Assembly: GCA_041661765.1 (NCBI GenBank)
Contig: JBAZTV010000001.1
Location: 364,791-428,790, forward strand
Source: Candidatus Shapirobacteria bacterium
GTDB taxonomy: Bacteria; Patescibacteriota; Microgenomatia; UBA12405
Direction: 5' to 3'
Length of the DNA: 64,000 nucleotides
Part shown: one piece after another, positions 1-10,461 of the stretch
Layout: every line of letters begins with the position of its first letter
How positions within the stretch are numbered: position 1 is the stretch's first letter
The notes under the pieces: generated by a model
The model's database searches: none
The model's input: the letters and a program-made list of their open reading frames with translations, nothing else
What the model was told of the DNA's origin: nothing
Position numbers and translations under genes: made by a program

Positions 1-2361
1 CGATTTGAAAGAATGGTCAAAGAAAGAATGAGCTTAATTTCCACTAAAGAAAAACCAGCTCCATCCCAAATGATCAATCCTCAACCATTAATTTCAGCTC
101 TCAACACTTTTTTCCGATCAAATCAACTTTCTGCTATTTTAGACCAAACCAATCCATTATCAGAACTCGATTTATTACGAAGAGTTACAGTTGTTGGTGT
201 TGGTGGTTTAACCAGAGAACGTGCTGCTTTCTCTATCCGTGACGTTCACAGTTCTCAATATGGTCGTATTTGTACCGTTCGTTCCCCAGAAGGTCCAAAT
301 ATTGGTTTAGTTACTTATCTAGCCCTCTACTCTCAAGTAAATAGATATGGCTTTTTAGAAGCTCCTTTCAGAAAATTAGAAAAAATAAAAGGTGGTTATA
401 CCATCTCTAAAGATTTTATTTATATTGATGCTGAAGATGAATATGAAAAGAAAATCACTCACTTAGATATTAAATTCGACGAGAATTTTATTACAAAACA
501 AGAATGGGTACCAATTCGCTACCAAGGAGAATTTATTGAAGGCCCAATCGAACAAGTCGAATATATCGATTTAGTTCCAAATCAAATCGTTGGTGCTTCT
601 GCTTCATTAATTCCCTTTGTTGACCATGATGATGCTACTCGTGCCCTTATGGGTTCCCACATGCAGACCCAAGCAGTTCCATTAATTTCTCCAGAATCTC
701 CTTACGTTGGTACTGGTATGGAATCTACTGTTACTACTTCAATGAGAAGAACAGTTTTAGCCAAACATTCAGGTAAAGTTACTTTTGTCGATGGTAGTAA
801 AATTGTTGTTGCTCTCGATAAAAAAGCCACTGAACCAGGTTGTGAAGCTAGTGAAATTAGTGAAGACGGCAAGATTGAGACTTATCATTTAACAAAATTT
901 TTAAGAACCTCACCATATGGTACTTGCTACAACCAAAAAGTTATTGTCAATATGGGTGATGTTATTAAAGAAGGTGATTTATTAATCGATGGACCATCAA
1001 CCGATGGTGGTGAATTATCAATTGGTCGAAATCTTTTAGTTGCTTACGCTTCCATTGATGGTTTATCTTACGAAGATTCCTTCTTAATTTCCGATCGTAT
1101 TGTTAAAGATGATGTTTTAACTAATATTCAAATTTACGAATACTCAGCTCAAGTCGTTGAAACTAAATTAGGTTCTGAAGAATTAACAAAAGACATTCCT
1201 AATGTTTCCGAAAACGAATTAGCCAAATTAACTGAAGACGGCATTGTTATGATTGGTGCCACTGTCGGTCCAAACGATATTTTGGTCGGTAAAGTTGAAC
1301 CTCGTGGAGAAAAAGAATTATCTGCCGAAGAAAGACTTTTACGTGCTATTTTTGGTGAAAAAGCTCGTGAAGTTAAAGACACTTCTCTTCGTGTTGCCAA
1401 TGGTGAAGGTGGCGTTGTTATTAAAGTTGATATTTTAGATAAAGACAGCGGTGATGAATTAGATCCAGGTGTTAATAAAGTTGTTAAAGTGTATGTCGCT
1501 CAAATCCGTCGTATTCAAGAAGGTGATAAGATTGCTGGACGACATGGAAACAAAGGTTGTATCTGTCGTATCATGCCACAATATGACATGCCTCGACTTG
1601 CCGATGGTACTCCTGTCGACATGGTTATGTCTCCACTTTCCGTTGTTGCCCGTATGAATTTAGGTCAGATTTTAGAAGTTGCCCTAGGTTACGCTGGTTA
1701 CAAGCTTGGTAAAAAATATGCCGTTCCAGTTTTTGAAAAATATTCAGAAGAGGAAATTGGTGAAGAGCTCAAAAAAGCCGGTCTTTCTACTACACTTAAA
1801 ACTCAACTTTACGATGGTCGAACTGGTGAAGCTTATGATCAAGAATCAGTTGTTGGTGTTGGTTACATCATTAAGCTTGTTCACATGGTCGACGACAAAG
1901 TTCATGCTCGTTCTACAGGACCTTACTCACTCGTCACTCAACAACCACTCGGCGGTAAAGCCAGAATGGGAGGTCAGCGATTAGGAGAAATGGAAGTTTG
2001 GGCTCTTGAAGCACATCGTGCTGCTCATACACTTCAGGAAATGTTGACTATTAAATCTGATGATATCGAAGGTCGTACTCACGCCTTCCAAGCTATTATC
2101 AAAGGTCAGCCAATTCCCGAACCAGCCATTCCAGAATCTTTCAAAGTTTTAACCAAAGAGTTAGCTGGTTTAGCTCTCGATATTTCTCCAGTTGGTGTCA
2201 GAGAAACCGATGAAATTATTGAAGAAGAAACTTCAATTCCAGTTGAAATTAATGCAAAAGATATCGAACCAGAAATTCCAATAGATATTGATGCTGAAAT
2301 AGAAGGTTTAACAATTGCCGATGATTCGGCCCAATTAGATGATTCAAAGGAGGATAAATAA
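1..2361 (+). CDS. rpoB: DNA-directed RNA polymerase subunit beta, C-terminal ~780 aa; frame 1 is open from nt 1, so the 5' end lies upstream of the window
   Basis: Translation contains the conserved beta-subunit stretch GQRLGEMEVWALEAHRAAHTLQEMLTIKSDD. The stop overlaps the rpoC start (ATAATG). Confidence 0.95.
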   Translation, partial: RFERMVKERMSLISTKEKPAPSQMINPQPLISALNTFFRSNQLSAILDQTNPLSELDLLRRVTVVGVGGLTRERAAFSIRDVHSSQYGRICTVRSPEGPNIGLVTYLALYSQVNRYGFLEAPFRKLEKIKGGYTISKDFIYIDAEDEYEKKITHLDIKFDENFITKQEWVPIRYQGEFIEGPIEQVEYIDLVPNQIVGASASLIPFVDHDDATRALMGSHMQTQAVPLISPESPYVGTGMESTVTTSMRRTVLAKHSGKVTFVDGSKIVVALDKKATEPGCEASEISEDGKIETYHLTKFLRTSPYGTCYNQKVIVNMGDVIKEGDLLIDGPSTDGGELSIGRNLLVAYASIDGLSYEDSFLISDRIVKDDVLTNIQIYEYSAQVVETKLGSEELTKDIPNVSENELAKLTEDGIVMIGATVGPNDILVGKVEPRGEKELSAEERLLRAIFGEKAREVKDTSLRVANGEGGVVIKVDILDKDSGDELDPGVNKVVKVYVAQIRRIQEGDKIAGRHGNKGCICRIMPQYDMPRLADGTPVDMVMSPLSVVARMNLGQILEVALGYAGYKLGKKYAVPVFEKYSEEEIGEELKKAGLSTTLKTQLYDGRTGEAYDQESVVGVGYIIKLVHMVDDKVHARSTGPYSLVTQQPLGGKARMGGQRLGEMEVWALEAHRAAHTLQEMLTIKSDDIEGRTHAFQAIIKGQPIPEPAIPESFKVLTKELAGLALDISPVGVRETDEIIEEETSIPVEINAKDIEPEIPIDIDAEIEGLTIADDSAQLDDSKEDK

Positions 2362-5300
2362 TGTTTAAATTCAAAAGTATGATCGATTTTTCGGGACTTC
2401 AAATTAAATTAGCTTCTCCAGAAGAAATTTTATCTTGGTCCACTGGTGAAGTTATTAAACCAGAAACTATTAATTATCGAAGCTGGCGCCCAGAGAAAGA
2501 TGGTCTTTTTTGTGAAAAAATCTTTGGACCAAGTCGAGATTATGAATGTTACTGTGGTAAATACAAAAAAATCCGATTTAAGGGTGTAGTTTGTGATCGT
2601 TGCGGTGTTGAAGTCACCACTTCCAAAATCCGTCGCGAAAGAATGGGTCATATCACTTTAGCCGCTCCTGTCACTCATCTTTGGTATCTTCGCAATACTC
2701 CATCTCCAATTGGTGTCATTCTCGATGTTCCTCAAAAAGATTTAGAATCAGTCGTTTATTTCACTAAATATTTAGTCACTTCTGTTGACGATTCAAGAAG
2801 AAAAGAGGCTTTAGAAAATTTAACTAATTACTCCACTAAAAGAATTGATCAAATCAACGTTGACACTAAAACTGCCATTGATACTAAAACTGAAGAAACT
2901 GAAAAAGAAAAAAAGGAACTTAAGACTAAAATTAAGAACAAAGACCAACTTTTTATTGCCCAAGAAGAGCGTGATATTAGATTAAAGCAGGATGTTCAAA
3001 AACTTGAAAACAAAGCTTTATCTGAAAAAAATCGAATCGAAGGGTTAATGAAATATTTGGAAGAAAAAATTCAAAGTCTTCAAGTCTTAACCACTATTTC
3101 CGATGAAGAGAGCTTTTATTTGTCACAATTTAAGGCGGATATTTTCTTCACCGCCAAAATGGGTGCTGAAGCTCTTTATGAAGTTTTGAAACAAATTGAC
3201 ATGGTCGAAACCGTCAAAAACCTCAAAAAAGAATTAAATAAGACCAGCTCTAAATTAAAGAAAAAGAAAATCATGTATAAAATCCGTATTTTAAACGGCA
3301 TGATTGAAAATAAAATTAATCCAGAATGGACAGTACTTACTCAAGTTCCAGTTATTCCACCAGATTTACGTCCAATGGTCCAATTAACTGGTGGTCGTTT
3401 TGCCACTTCTGATTTAAATGATTTATATCGTCGTTTAATCAATCGAAACAATCGTCTTAAAAAATTATTGAAACTTGGTGCTCCAGAAATCATTTTACGA
3501 AATGAAAAAAGAATGCTCCAAGAATCAGTTGATATTTTAATTGATGCCCAAAAGAGTTCCAAAAACAAAAGAAAAAGCACTAAGCGCGTTCCTCGATCAC
3601 TATCGGATCTTTTACGCGGTAAGAAAGGTCGTTTCCGACGCAATTTGCTTGGTAAACGTGTCGATTATTCTGGTCGTTCGGTTATCGTTGTTGGTCCAGA
3701 ATTAAAATTGAATCAAGTCGGTCTTCCAAAAGAAATTGCTCTTGAAATATACCGACCTTTTGTTCTTCGTGAACTTATGTCCACTGGTATTGCTCCAAAC
3801 ATTAAGAGTGCAAAAAATTTAATAGATCATCGAATTAATGAGGTTTATGACATTTTAGAAGAAGTCACTAAAGACAGTTATGTCTTATTAAATCGTGCTC
3901 CAACTTTACATAAACTTTCAATTCAGGCTTTCAAACCAATTTTAGTCGATGGATTAGCAATTCGTTTACATCCATGTGTCTGTAAAGCTTTCAATGCTGA
4001 TTTTGATGGAGATCAAATGGGTGTTCATTTACCATTATCCGTTGCCTCTCAAAGAGAAGCCAAGAGATTAATGTTGCCATCCCATAATTTATTGAAACCA
4101 TCCGATGGTAATCCCGTTTCTGTTCCAACTCAAGAAATGGCCGTTGGTTGTTATTACATCACCTCAGTCCAATCTGCCGATTTAGAAAAAGAACAAGCCT
4201 CTGGCTTGGAAGGTTTATCAATTTTTGCTGATGAAGCTGAAGTTGAATTAGCCTATGAATCAAAAAAAATCGGATTAAGAGAATTAGTTGTTGTTAAAAT
4301 TAATGGCAATTTAACCAAAACCACCTATGGTCGTATTTGGTTCAATCAAATACTTCCAAAGCAGTTCTCATTTTTAAATGAAGCTATGGCTGGTTCTAAA
4401 TCAGTTAACGATTTGATTGTTAAGTCACTTGAAATTGCTGGTCGTTTAAAAACCGTTAAATTAATCGATTCCCTTAAAGACATTGGTTTTAAAGGTTTTA
4501 CTCTTTCCGGTCTTTCTCTATCGATGTCTGACTGTGGTTATCTACCTGAAAAAGAAAAACTCATTTCTCAGGCTAATAAATTAGTCGTCGAAATTGAAGA
4601 AAACTACAAAAACGGTTTAATCAGTAATGATGAAAAACAACGACTTTCTCAAGCAATTTGGATGGAAAAAACTCAAGAAATTGCCGAAAAAACTTGGGCT
4701 ACTCTAGATATTGATTCTCCAATCCGTATTATTTCTGCCGCTGGTATTAAACGTGCATCTAAAGATCAAATCAAACAGCTTTCTGGTATGAGAGGTTTAA
4801 TGGTTGATCCAACCGGAAAAATCGTTCAACTTCCCACCAAATCCAATTTTCGAGAAGGTCTTTCAGTTTTTGAATACGTCACTGGTGCAAGAGGAACTCG
4901 TAAGGGTTTAGCCGATACAGCTTTGAAAACTGCCGATGCTGGTTATTTAACCCGTCGATTAGTTGATGCTGCTCATATCGCCATTATTAAAATGGATGAT
5001 TGTGGTACTGATCAATTTATTACCATCGATTCCAATGAAAAAGGTCGAGAAAGATATTTCTTCCGCCGAATTTTAGGTCGAGTCTTAGCCGCCGACATCA
5101 TTGATTCCAAGACCAAAAAAGTTTTAATTGAAAAGGGGACTTTATTAAACAACGACGAAGTTGCTTTAATTGAGAAAAATGAAATCACCACTGTCGATAT
5201 TCGCTCCCCATTAACTTGTCATGCTGAAACTGGTTTGTGTCAAAAATGTTACGGTTGGGATCTCTCCACTCGAAAATTAGTTCAAGTGGGTGTTCCAGTT

Positions 5301-6095
5301 GGTGTTATTGCTGCTCAATCTATTGGTGAACCAGGAACTCAATTAACTCTCCGAACAAAACACACCGGTGGTGTTGTTGGTGTCGACGTTACTCAAGGTT
5401 TACCACGTGTTCAGGAATTATTTGAAATCAGAATGCCAAAACTTCCTTCACCTTTAGCTGAAATTAGTGGTAAATTAAAAATTAAAGAAACTATTGATGG
5501 CTACGAAATCAAGCTTACCGGTAAAGATGAAAATAAAAATGCAAAAACTATTACCTATATTTTGCCTTTAAATATTACTCTTCTTGTCGCCGATGGTGAT
5601 TTAGTTGCTCAAGGAACACAACTTTGTTCTGGTTCTCTTGACGTTCGAGAAATTATGGAAGTTAAGGGTATTGAGGCTGCTCAAAGATATTTAATCAACA
5701 GCATCCAAGGTGTTTACGAATCCCAGGGAATTGGCATTCATGATAAACATTTAGAAGTCATGGTTAAGGAAATGAGTGACAAAATTAAGATTGAAGATCC
5801 AGGTGATACTACTTTCCTTTATGGTCAAACCACAACTACTGCCGTTTTCCATGCAGCTAATGATAAAGCCAAAGCTAATAATAATGGTAAACCTGCTATT
5901 GGTAAAAAAGTTTTACTTGGCTTAATCAATTCTGCTTTAACTACTGGTTCTTGGTTATCTGCTGCTTCATTCCAACAAACTACCAGTGTTTTAACCGAAG
6001 CCTCCTTACTCGCTGAAGTCGACGGCTTGATTGGTCTTAAAGAAAATGTTATTATCGGACGATTGATACCCGTCAGCAAAAATCAAACAATATAA
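2361..6095 (+). CDS. rpoC: DNA-directed RNA polymerase subunit beta' (1244 aa)
   Basis: N-terminal Zn-finger CYCGKYKK...CDRCGVEV, catalytic NADFDGDQM motif and beta' C-terminal conserved blocks. Lies directly after rpoB. Confidence 0.95.
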   Translation: MFKFKSMIDFSGLQIKLASPEEILSWSTGEVIKPETINYRSWRPEKDGLFCEKIFGPSRDYECYCGKYKKIRFKGVVCDRCGVEVTTSKIRRERMGHITLAAPVTHLWYLRNTPSPIGVILDVPQKDLESVVYFTKYLVTSVDDSRRKEALENLTNYSTKRIDQINVDTKTAIDTKTEETEKEKKELKTKIKNKDQLFIAQEERDIRLKQDVQKLENKALSEKNRIEGLMKYLEEKIQSLQVLTTISDEESFYLSQFKADIFFTAKMGAEALYEVLKQIDMVETVKNLKKELNKTSSKLKKKKIMYKIRILNGMIENKINPEWTVLTQVPVIPPDLRPMVQLTGGRFATSDLNDLYRRLINRNNRLKKLLKLGAPEIILRNEKRMLQESVDILIDAQKSSKNKRKSTKRVPRSLSDLLRGKKGRFRRNLLGKRVDYSGRSVIVVGPELKLNQVGLPKEIALEIYRPFVLRELMSTGIAPNIKSAKNLIDHRINEVYDILEEVTKDSYVLLNRAPTLHKLSIQAFKPILVDGLAIRLHPCVCKAFNADFDGDQMGVHLPLSVASQREAKRLMLPSHNLLKPSDGNPVSVPTQEMAVGCYYITSVQSADLEKEQASGLEGLSIFADEAEVELAYESKKIGLRELVVVKINGNLTKTTYGRIWFNQILPKQFSFLNEAMAGSKSVNDLIVKSLEIAGRLKTVKLIDSLKDIGFKGFTLSGLSLSMSDCGYLPEKEKLISQANKLVVEIEENYKNGLISNDEKQRLSQAIWMEKTQEIAEKTWATLDIDSPIRIISAAGIKRASKDQIKQLSGMRGLMVDPTGKIVQLPTKSNFREGLSVFEYVTGARGTRKGLADTALKTADAGYLTRRLVDAAHIAIIKMDDCGTDQFITIDSNEKGRERYFFRRILGRVLAADIIDSKTKKVLIEKGTLLNNDEVALIEKNEITTVDIRSPLTCHAETGLCQKCYGWDLSTRKLVQVGVPVGVIAAQSIGEPGTQLTLRTKHTGGVVGVDVTQGLPRVQELFEIRMPKLPSPLAEISGKLKIKETIDGYEIKLTGKDENKNAKTITYILPLNITLLVADGDLVAQGTQLCSGSLDVREIMEVKGIEAAQRYLINSIQGVYESQGIGIHDKHLEVMVKEMSDKIKIEDPGDTTFLYGQTTTTAVFHAANDKAKANNNGKPAIGKKVLLGLINSALTTGSWLSAASFQQTTSVLTEASLLAEVDGLIGLKENVIIGRLIPVSKNQTI

Positions 6096-6100
6096 AAAAT

Positions 6101-6523
6101 ATGCCAACATTTAATCAACTAATAAAAACTGGTCGAAAAAAGAGAGTCCAAAAACTCAGAACAGTTGCTCTTCGTAATGGTTTTAATACCATTACGAATC
6201 GACCCACACTCAGTATAAATCCAATTAAAAAAGGTGTGGTTATTTCTGTTAAAACCATGACTCCTAAAAAACCACATTCGGCTTTGCGAAAAATTGCTAA
6301 AATAAAACTTAGTAATCATGCTTCCGTTACTGCTTACATTCCAGGTGTTGGTCATAATTTGGCTGAACACAGTATCGTTAGTATTAGAGGTGGTAGAGTT
6401 AGAGATTTACCTGGTGTTCGTTATCGTATTATTCGTGGTAAATACGATGCGGGTGCTGTTGTTGGTCGCATGCAATCACGTAGTAAATACGGTGCCAAAA
6501 AAGCTGTTGCCAAAGCCGCCTAA
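6101..6523 (+). CDS. rpsL: 30S ribosomal protein S12
   Basis: [14 protein letters not shown]... with conserved PKKPNSALRK-like block. Confidence 0.93.
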   Translation: MPTFNQLIKTGRKKRVQKLRTVALRNGFNTITNRPTLSINPIKKGVVISVKTMTPKKPHSALRKIAKIKLSNHASVTAYIPGVGHNLAEHSIVSIRGGRVRDLPGVRYRIIRGKYDAGAVVGRMQSRSKYGAKKAVAKAA

Positions 6524-6553
6524 TTATTACTAAAATTTAAATTTAAAAAAAAT

Positions 6554-7036
6554 ATGTCCAGAAAAGGAATCAATAAAACAAGAGAAGTACTTCCAGATAC
6601 TATCTACAGCAATGTTACCGTCAGTAAAATAATTAATGCTTGTATGAGAGACGGCAAGAGAACTGCTGCTGAAAAGCAGGTTTACGATGCTCTCGATTTA
6701 ATTAAAAAAGAATTTCCAAAAGAAGAAGTTCTTGACGTATTAGACCGAGCTTTAGAAAACATCAGACCAAAAATTGAAGTTAAACCTCGTCGAATTGGTG
6801 GAGCTGTTTATCAAGTGCCAACTCCAGTTCGTGGTAATCGTCAAAATTCATTAGCTCTTCGCTGGCTCATCAAATTTGCCCGTGCCAAGGCTAATAAACA
6901 ATATCATTCCTTTGCTCAAAAATTAGTTGCTGAACTATTATCTGCTCTCAATAACGAAGGCGCTGCCGTCAATAAAAGAGTTGAAGTCGAAAAAATGGCT
7001 GATGCAAATAAAGCATTTGCCCATCTTCGCTGGTAA
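6554..7036 (+). CDS. rpsG: 30S ribosomal protein S7
   Basis: S7 family sequence (…RALENIRPKIEVKPRRIGGAVYQVP…) directly after rpsL. Confidence 0.92.
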   Translation: MSRKGINKTREVLPDTIYSNVTVSKIINACMRDGKRTAAEKQVYDALDLIKKEFPKEEVLDVLDRALENIRPKIEVKPRRIGGAVYQVPTPVRGNRQNSLALRWLIKFARAKANKQYHSFAQKLVAELLSALNNEGAAVNKRVEVEKMADANKAFAHLRW

Positions 7037-7060
7037 GAAAATTTTTTAAAATTTTAAAAC

Positions 7061-7086
7061 GCCCCGCCCCGGGGCGTTTTTTGTTA
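7061..7086 (+). terminator. Rho-independent terminator after rpsG
   Basis: ACGCCCC-GCCCC-GGGGCGT hairpin (7-bp GC stem) followed by TTTTTTG. Confidence 0.8.
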
Positions 7087-7096
7087 TACTTTATAC

Positions 7097-8548
7097 ATGT
7101 CGTTATTTTCCAAACCAAAACTTATCATTTGGCCTAAAACCAAAATTGTCGAGCTTTATATCGATCGTAAAGAAAACAATACTCTCAGTTTCGATTTAAA
7201 CCTTTGGCAAAAATGCAATGACAAAGATCTTGAAGCTCTAAGTCTGTATTTCCGACAAAATAAGTTTAGTTCAATTTCCGTTTTAGTACCTGACGATATT
7301 GTCTTCACTAAATCTTTCACTTATGATTCAAAAATTGACAACATTGATAAAAAAGAAGTCATTAGTTTAGCCACTAATTTAGTTAATTTTCCTATCGATC
7401 CAGACGCTATTGAATATAAATTAACCCAAATTGCCGACAAAACCATTATCCAGGCTTTTATTTATGACAAACCAAAGTTAGATCAACTCAAATCAAATTT
7501 AAATATCATCGGTATTGGTGTAAATAAATTTACTTCCGTTTCCACTGCCATTTCCAATACAATTTCTTCAATCTATAAACAAGAATTTTTCCTTATTTAT
7601 CCGTTAAACGATCAAGAATACACACTTTTACTTTCAAAAAATAACTCAGTCTATTTAACAGTAAATATTAAAGGACCAAGTCTCGACATTCAAAAGGTTG
7701 TTAATTATTCGACCTTTTATTTTTCTAACGTTACCAAAAAAATTTACATTCCCGAAGGTCGTGATTTAGAAATTATAACTACCACCGAAATGGACAAAAC
7801 CTTCTACGACGAAGCCCAAATTGCCCAAAGTCTTTCTAAAGCTTCAAATTTACCCCTACCAGTTTTAGGTGAAATGACTAGTTCAGTTTCAATTAATACT
7901 GATATAATAAATTCACCAAATAATATTAGTTCATCATCAACAAAAATGGAAAATAAAAAAAGAAATATCTTACCTATAATCGCAGTTTTTATCTTTACAG
8001 CCGCTATCGCTTCGGTTGGGATGTGGTTTATTTTAAACAAAAATTCTAGTGAAATTGCAAGTCCCACCAGCACTAGTGAAGAAACTTCTCAAACCACTGT
8101 CGCTCCAACTGCAACCGCTACCCCAAAGCCCACCATTGCCGAAATTGACAAAGATATTAAGATCCAAATCTTGAACGCTACCGAAATTAACGGTCAAGCC
8201 GCTACCCTCAAGGCTAAACTAATTGCCCTTGGTTTTGAAAATATAAATGTTGGTAATGCTAAAGCCACTGCCACTGAAAATTCAATCCAAGTTAAATCTG
8301 CCAGTACTTCGGCATATTTTGAATCAAAATTAGATACAGATTTCCCTGCCACCTATACCACCGATCTTAAATCAACTTCGACTTACGATGCTGTATTTAC
8401 CATTGGTACCGATTTAAGTTCTATGTCATCTTCAACTACTTCTACAGCCAGCGATGAGGAGACAACTCCAACTGTGACTAAAGCTGCAACCAAGTCTACA
8501 ACTCCAACTGTGACTAAAGCTGCAACCAAGTCCGCCACCACAGAATAA
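7097..8548 (+). CDS. Membrane-anchored hypothetical protein with a LytR_C-like extracellular domain and Ser/Thr/Pro-rich linkers
   Basis: Large cytoplasmic N-domain, a single TM helix (ILPIIAVFIFTAAIASVGMWFIL) and a T/S/P-rich linker. The block IQILNATEINGQAATLKAKLIALGFENINVGNAKAT resembles the LytR_C (LytR cell-envelope C-terminal) domain. Confidence 0.55.
   Translation: MSLFSKPKLIIWPKTKIVELYIDRKENNTLSFDLNLWQKCNDKDLEALSLYFRQNKFSSISVLVPDDIVFTKSFTYDSKIDNIDKKEVISLATNLVNFPIDPDAIEYKLTQIADKTIIQAFIYDKPKLDQLKSNLNIIGIGVNKFTSVSTAISNTISSIYKQEFFLIYPLNDQEYTLLLSKNNSVYLTVNIKGPSLDIQKVVNYSTFYFSNVTKKIYIPEGRDLEIITTTEMDKTFYDEAQIAQSLSKASNLPLPVLGEMTSSVSINTDIINSPNNISSSSTKMENKKRNILPIIAVFIFTAAIASVGMWFILNKNSSEIASPTSTSEETSQTTVAPTATATPKPTIAEIDKDIKIQILNATEINGQAATLKAKLIALGFENINVGNAKATATENSIQVKSASTSAYFESKLDTDFPATYTTDLKSTSTYDAVFTIGTDLSSMSSSTTSTASDEETTPTVTKAATKSTTPTVTKAATKSATTE
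8462..8533 (+). repeat. Perfect 2 x 36-nt tandem direct repeat inside the 3' end of the LytR_C-protein gene, encoding TTPTVTKAATKS twice
   Basis: acaactccaactgtgactaaagctgcaaccaagtc occurs twice in tandem, seen directly. Confidence 0.9.
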
Positions 8549-8566
8549 TAAAATTGTAATTCAAAG

Positions 8567-8596
8567 ATGGCCTCTTTCTGGAGGCCATTTTTTTTA
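8567..8596 (+). terminator. Rho-independent terminator
   Basis: ATGGCCTC-tttctg-GAGGCCAT hairpin followed by TTTTTTTT. Confidence 0.8.
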
Positions 8597-8601
8597 AATT
8601 T

Positions 8602-8630
8602 TTGATAAAAATTACAAAAAGTGGTAAAAT
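8602..8630 (+). promoter_or_regulatory. Sigma70-like promoter (TTGATA-17-TAAAAT) driving the Cys-rich small-protein gene, with a ~125-nt leader
   Basis: Near-consensus -35 and -10 hexamers with 17-nt spacing. The leader contains an 8-bp inverted repeat tttcttac...gtaagaaa (8676-8744) ending at the RBS AAGGAAG. Confidence 0.5.
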
Positions 8631-8756
8631 AGCCGACAATACCAATAAAAGTACTTTTAAAATTAATTACATTTCTTACTGTTTTAATAAAACCATTGCG
8701 GTTTTAACACATTAATCAGTAAAACAATAAACGGTGTAAGAAAGGAAGAATTTTGT

Positions 8757-9110
8757 TTGAGTAAACTAAGCATTGAAGAGAGTTCAACATTAATTATCGA
8801 TTTTTTTTCAAAAGAAGGTATTAAACTTTTAGCCAATAATGGGGTTAAAAAACCAATACTTGAAGTCGACTCAATTTACTGTCTTGAGTTCAATCGAGAA
8901 CATATTGGTTGTTTTTTATTCAGGTTTCCCAATATCCCAATTATTATCACCTGTTGTTATAAAAACAAAGAAGAGTCTATCAATAACAATAGAATAGTTA
9001 AAAAATTAGTTGGTAATTTCACAAGGAAAAGTAATCAACTAATGATAATAGAAGAGGGAAACATCTTTTGTGATGACTGTAATATTATAGAATTTGCCTG
9101 CCAAGCATAA
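8757..9110 (+). CDS. Hypothetical Cys-rich small protein (117 aa, TTG start, 9 Cys including CC and C-x2-C pairs)
   Basis: ORF with RBS AAGGAAG 7 nt upstream of TTG, own promoter and own terminator. No recognisable family. Confidence 0.5.
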   Translation: MSKLSIEESSTLIIDFFSKEGIKLLANNGVKKPILEVDSIYCLEFNREHIGCFLFRFPNIPIIITCCYKNKEESINNNRIVKKLVGNFTRKSNQLMIIEEGNIFCDDCNIIEFACQA

Positions 9111-9153
9111 TTTTTAGGTCGCTTCGATCTCATTTGTCCGAAGCGACCTAAAA
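9111..9153. terminator. Bidirectional terminator hairpin
   Basis: TTTTT-AGGTCGCTTCG-(12-nt loop)-CGAAGCGACCT-AAAA: 11-bp perfect stem flanked by a T-run on the left and an A-run on the right. Confidence 0.65.
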
Positions 9154-9290
9154 CTCTCCTTTCTTATGCCAACCACTCTAAATCAGTAAGAAATTTAATT
9201 AATTGCAAGAAAAAACCCCAAAAAGATAAAAATGACCGAGGTCAAAATTAAATTAAAAGGGTTGAAGAAAGACTTATGGTTTATTTTGGT

Positions 9291-9515
9291 TTAACCGTGG
9301 AGGTAAAATTTAAGATTTTTGATAAAAGAAGTAAAGGCACCTAGCACTACGTGATGATCTACAGACATTACTCCATAAACACACAGAATAACGAAAATAA
9401 CTAAAAGAGGTTGTGCAATTATCCAACAATTATCTTGAACATGTGTTTTTCTACCGAAGTGCCTTTCTACGTTACTCATACCATCGTAGTCATACCTACT
9501 TTTCCATCCAGCCAT
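9291..9515 (-). CDS. Hypothetical small membrane protein (74 aa from ATG 9515; the track ORF extends to 9563)
   Basis: Strong RBS AAGGAGGAAAAGATT-ATG, favouring the MAGWKS start. One predicted TM helix (IIAQPLLVIFVILCVYGVMSV). Confidence 0.5.
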   Translation of the reverse strand: MAGWKSRYDYDGMSNVERHFGRKTHVQDNCWIIAQPLLVIFVILCVYGVMSVDHHVVLGAFTSFIKNLKFYLHG

Positions 9516-9599
9516 AATCTTTTCCTCCTTTTTCAATAAGCAATTTATTGAGAAATCAGCCAAAACAAACCATAAGTTTTCAAAGTTCTTTCTGAGGGG

Positions 9600-9627
9600 A
9601 TTATCCCATATAATATTGAAAAGTCAA
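9600..9627 (-). promoter_or_regulatory. Sigma70-like promoter on the minus strand (TTGACT-16-GATAAT) for the small membrane protein
   Basis: Reverse complement of 9600-9627 reads ttgacttttcaatattatatgggataat. Confidence 0.45.
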
Positions 9628-9660
9628 CAAAATATATTAGAACCTTTTCGGTTATAGGAT

Positions 9661-9720
9661 AAAAATACCCCGAAGAAAAATAAATAATGCTTTCGCACTA
9701 ATTATTCCCTTCGGGGTTTT
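9661..9720. terminator. Hairpin terminator downstream of the NUDIX gene (minus strand); flanking A/T runs make it potentially bidirectional
   Basis: CCCCGAAG...CTTCGGGG 8-bp GC stem with a ~33-nt loop, with AAAAATA on one side and TTTT on the other. Confidence 0.5.
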
Positions 9721-9740
9721 CAAATTTGTTGAATTTCTTT

Positions 9741-10430
9741 CTAGATGAGTTTTTTTTGCCAGGCAGCCAGTGTTTTTGCAAAAGCTGTTACAGCAATACC
9801 ATCATTTGTATTTGCAATGGCTTCCAGGACCGGAACAAAAACCAGTTTTGATAATCTTTCAATTTCTGGAGTATCTCCAGTAGGGAGGCAAATTTTACCA
9901 TCAAGTGTTTGCAATTTTTTCCAATCAACTGGAAGCGCAAAAAATGTCTGAGGCCAATTATCATCAATTTCCTTCAACCAAAAAGCACGGTTACACGTAG
10001 CAACACCAATTTTAACCATTTTGTCAACATAAATTCCAGCTTCTTCCAATGCTGCTCTTTTTGCTGCATCTTCCGGGGTTTCATTTCCAAGTCCAAAGCC
10101 GCCAGGAGGAGTAAATAGTAATTCACCGTCATTGACCAGTAATCTTCTTTCATAACCGCCGGCCACAAATAGTTCTCCATCAGGAGAAACAGTATAAGGA
10201 ACCATAACAGCGCCACCTTTTTCCCAAAACGCCCATTGACCATAAAGTCCATTAAATCCAATAGTTAAGTTTCCAAATTTGGAATTCAACTTGGCATACC
10301 GGACATCATCAATAGAAACAATGCTTCCTGACACTTGGTTGCCATTTTCGTCGAGTATAGTTGCTTTACCGACAAAATCACTAAAATTCCATCCTAAATC
10401 TTTACCTTCTGGTACGGTTGTTAATTCCAT
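9741..10430 (-). CDS. NUDIX hydrolase (probable ADP-ribose / nucleoside-diphosphate-sugar pyrophosphatase type)
   Basis: Nudix box GGFGLGNETPEDAAKRAALEEAG matches G-x5-E-x7-R-E-U-x-E-E-x-G-U. Start is taken at the internal MELTTV (RBS GAAGGAAATAGAA-ATG); the track ORF extends to 10511. GC content is clearly above local background. Confidence 0.7.
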   Translation of the reverse strand: MELTTVPEGKDLGWNFSDFVGKATILDENGNQVSGSIVSIDDVRYAKLNSKFGNLTIGFNGLYGQWAFWEKGGAVMVPYTVSPDGELFVAGGYERRLLVNDGELLFTPPGGFGLGNETPEDAAKRAALEEAGIYVDKMVKIGVATCNRAFWLKEIDDNWPQTFFALPVDWKKLQTLDGKICLPTGDTPEIERLSKLVFVPVLEAIANTNDGIAVTAFAKTLAAWQKKLI

Positions 10431-10461
10431 TTCTATTTCCTTCTTTCTCCACTTTTCATCC

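Noticed and set aside
1149-6079. Numerous 60-110-aa ORFs antisense to or overlapping rpoB/rpoC (e.g. 1149-1400 -, 1253-1438 +, 2106-2402 -, 3341-3643 -, 5825-6079 -)
   Set aside because: They sit within long, well-supported conserved genes. They are low-complexity translations typical of AT-rich antisense frames.
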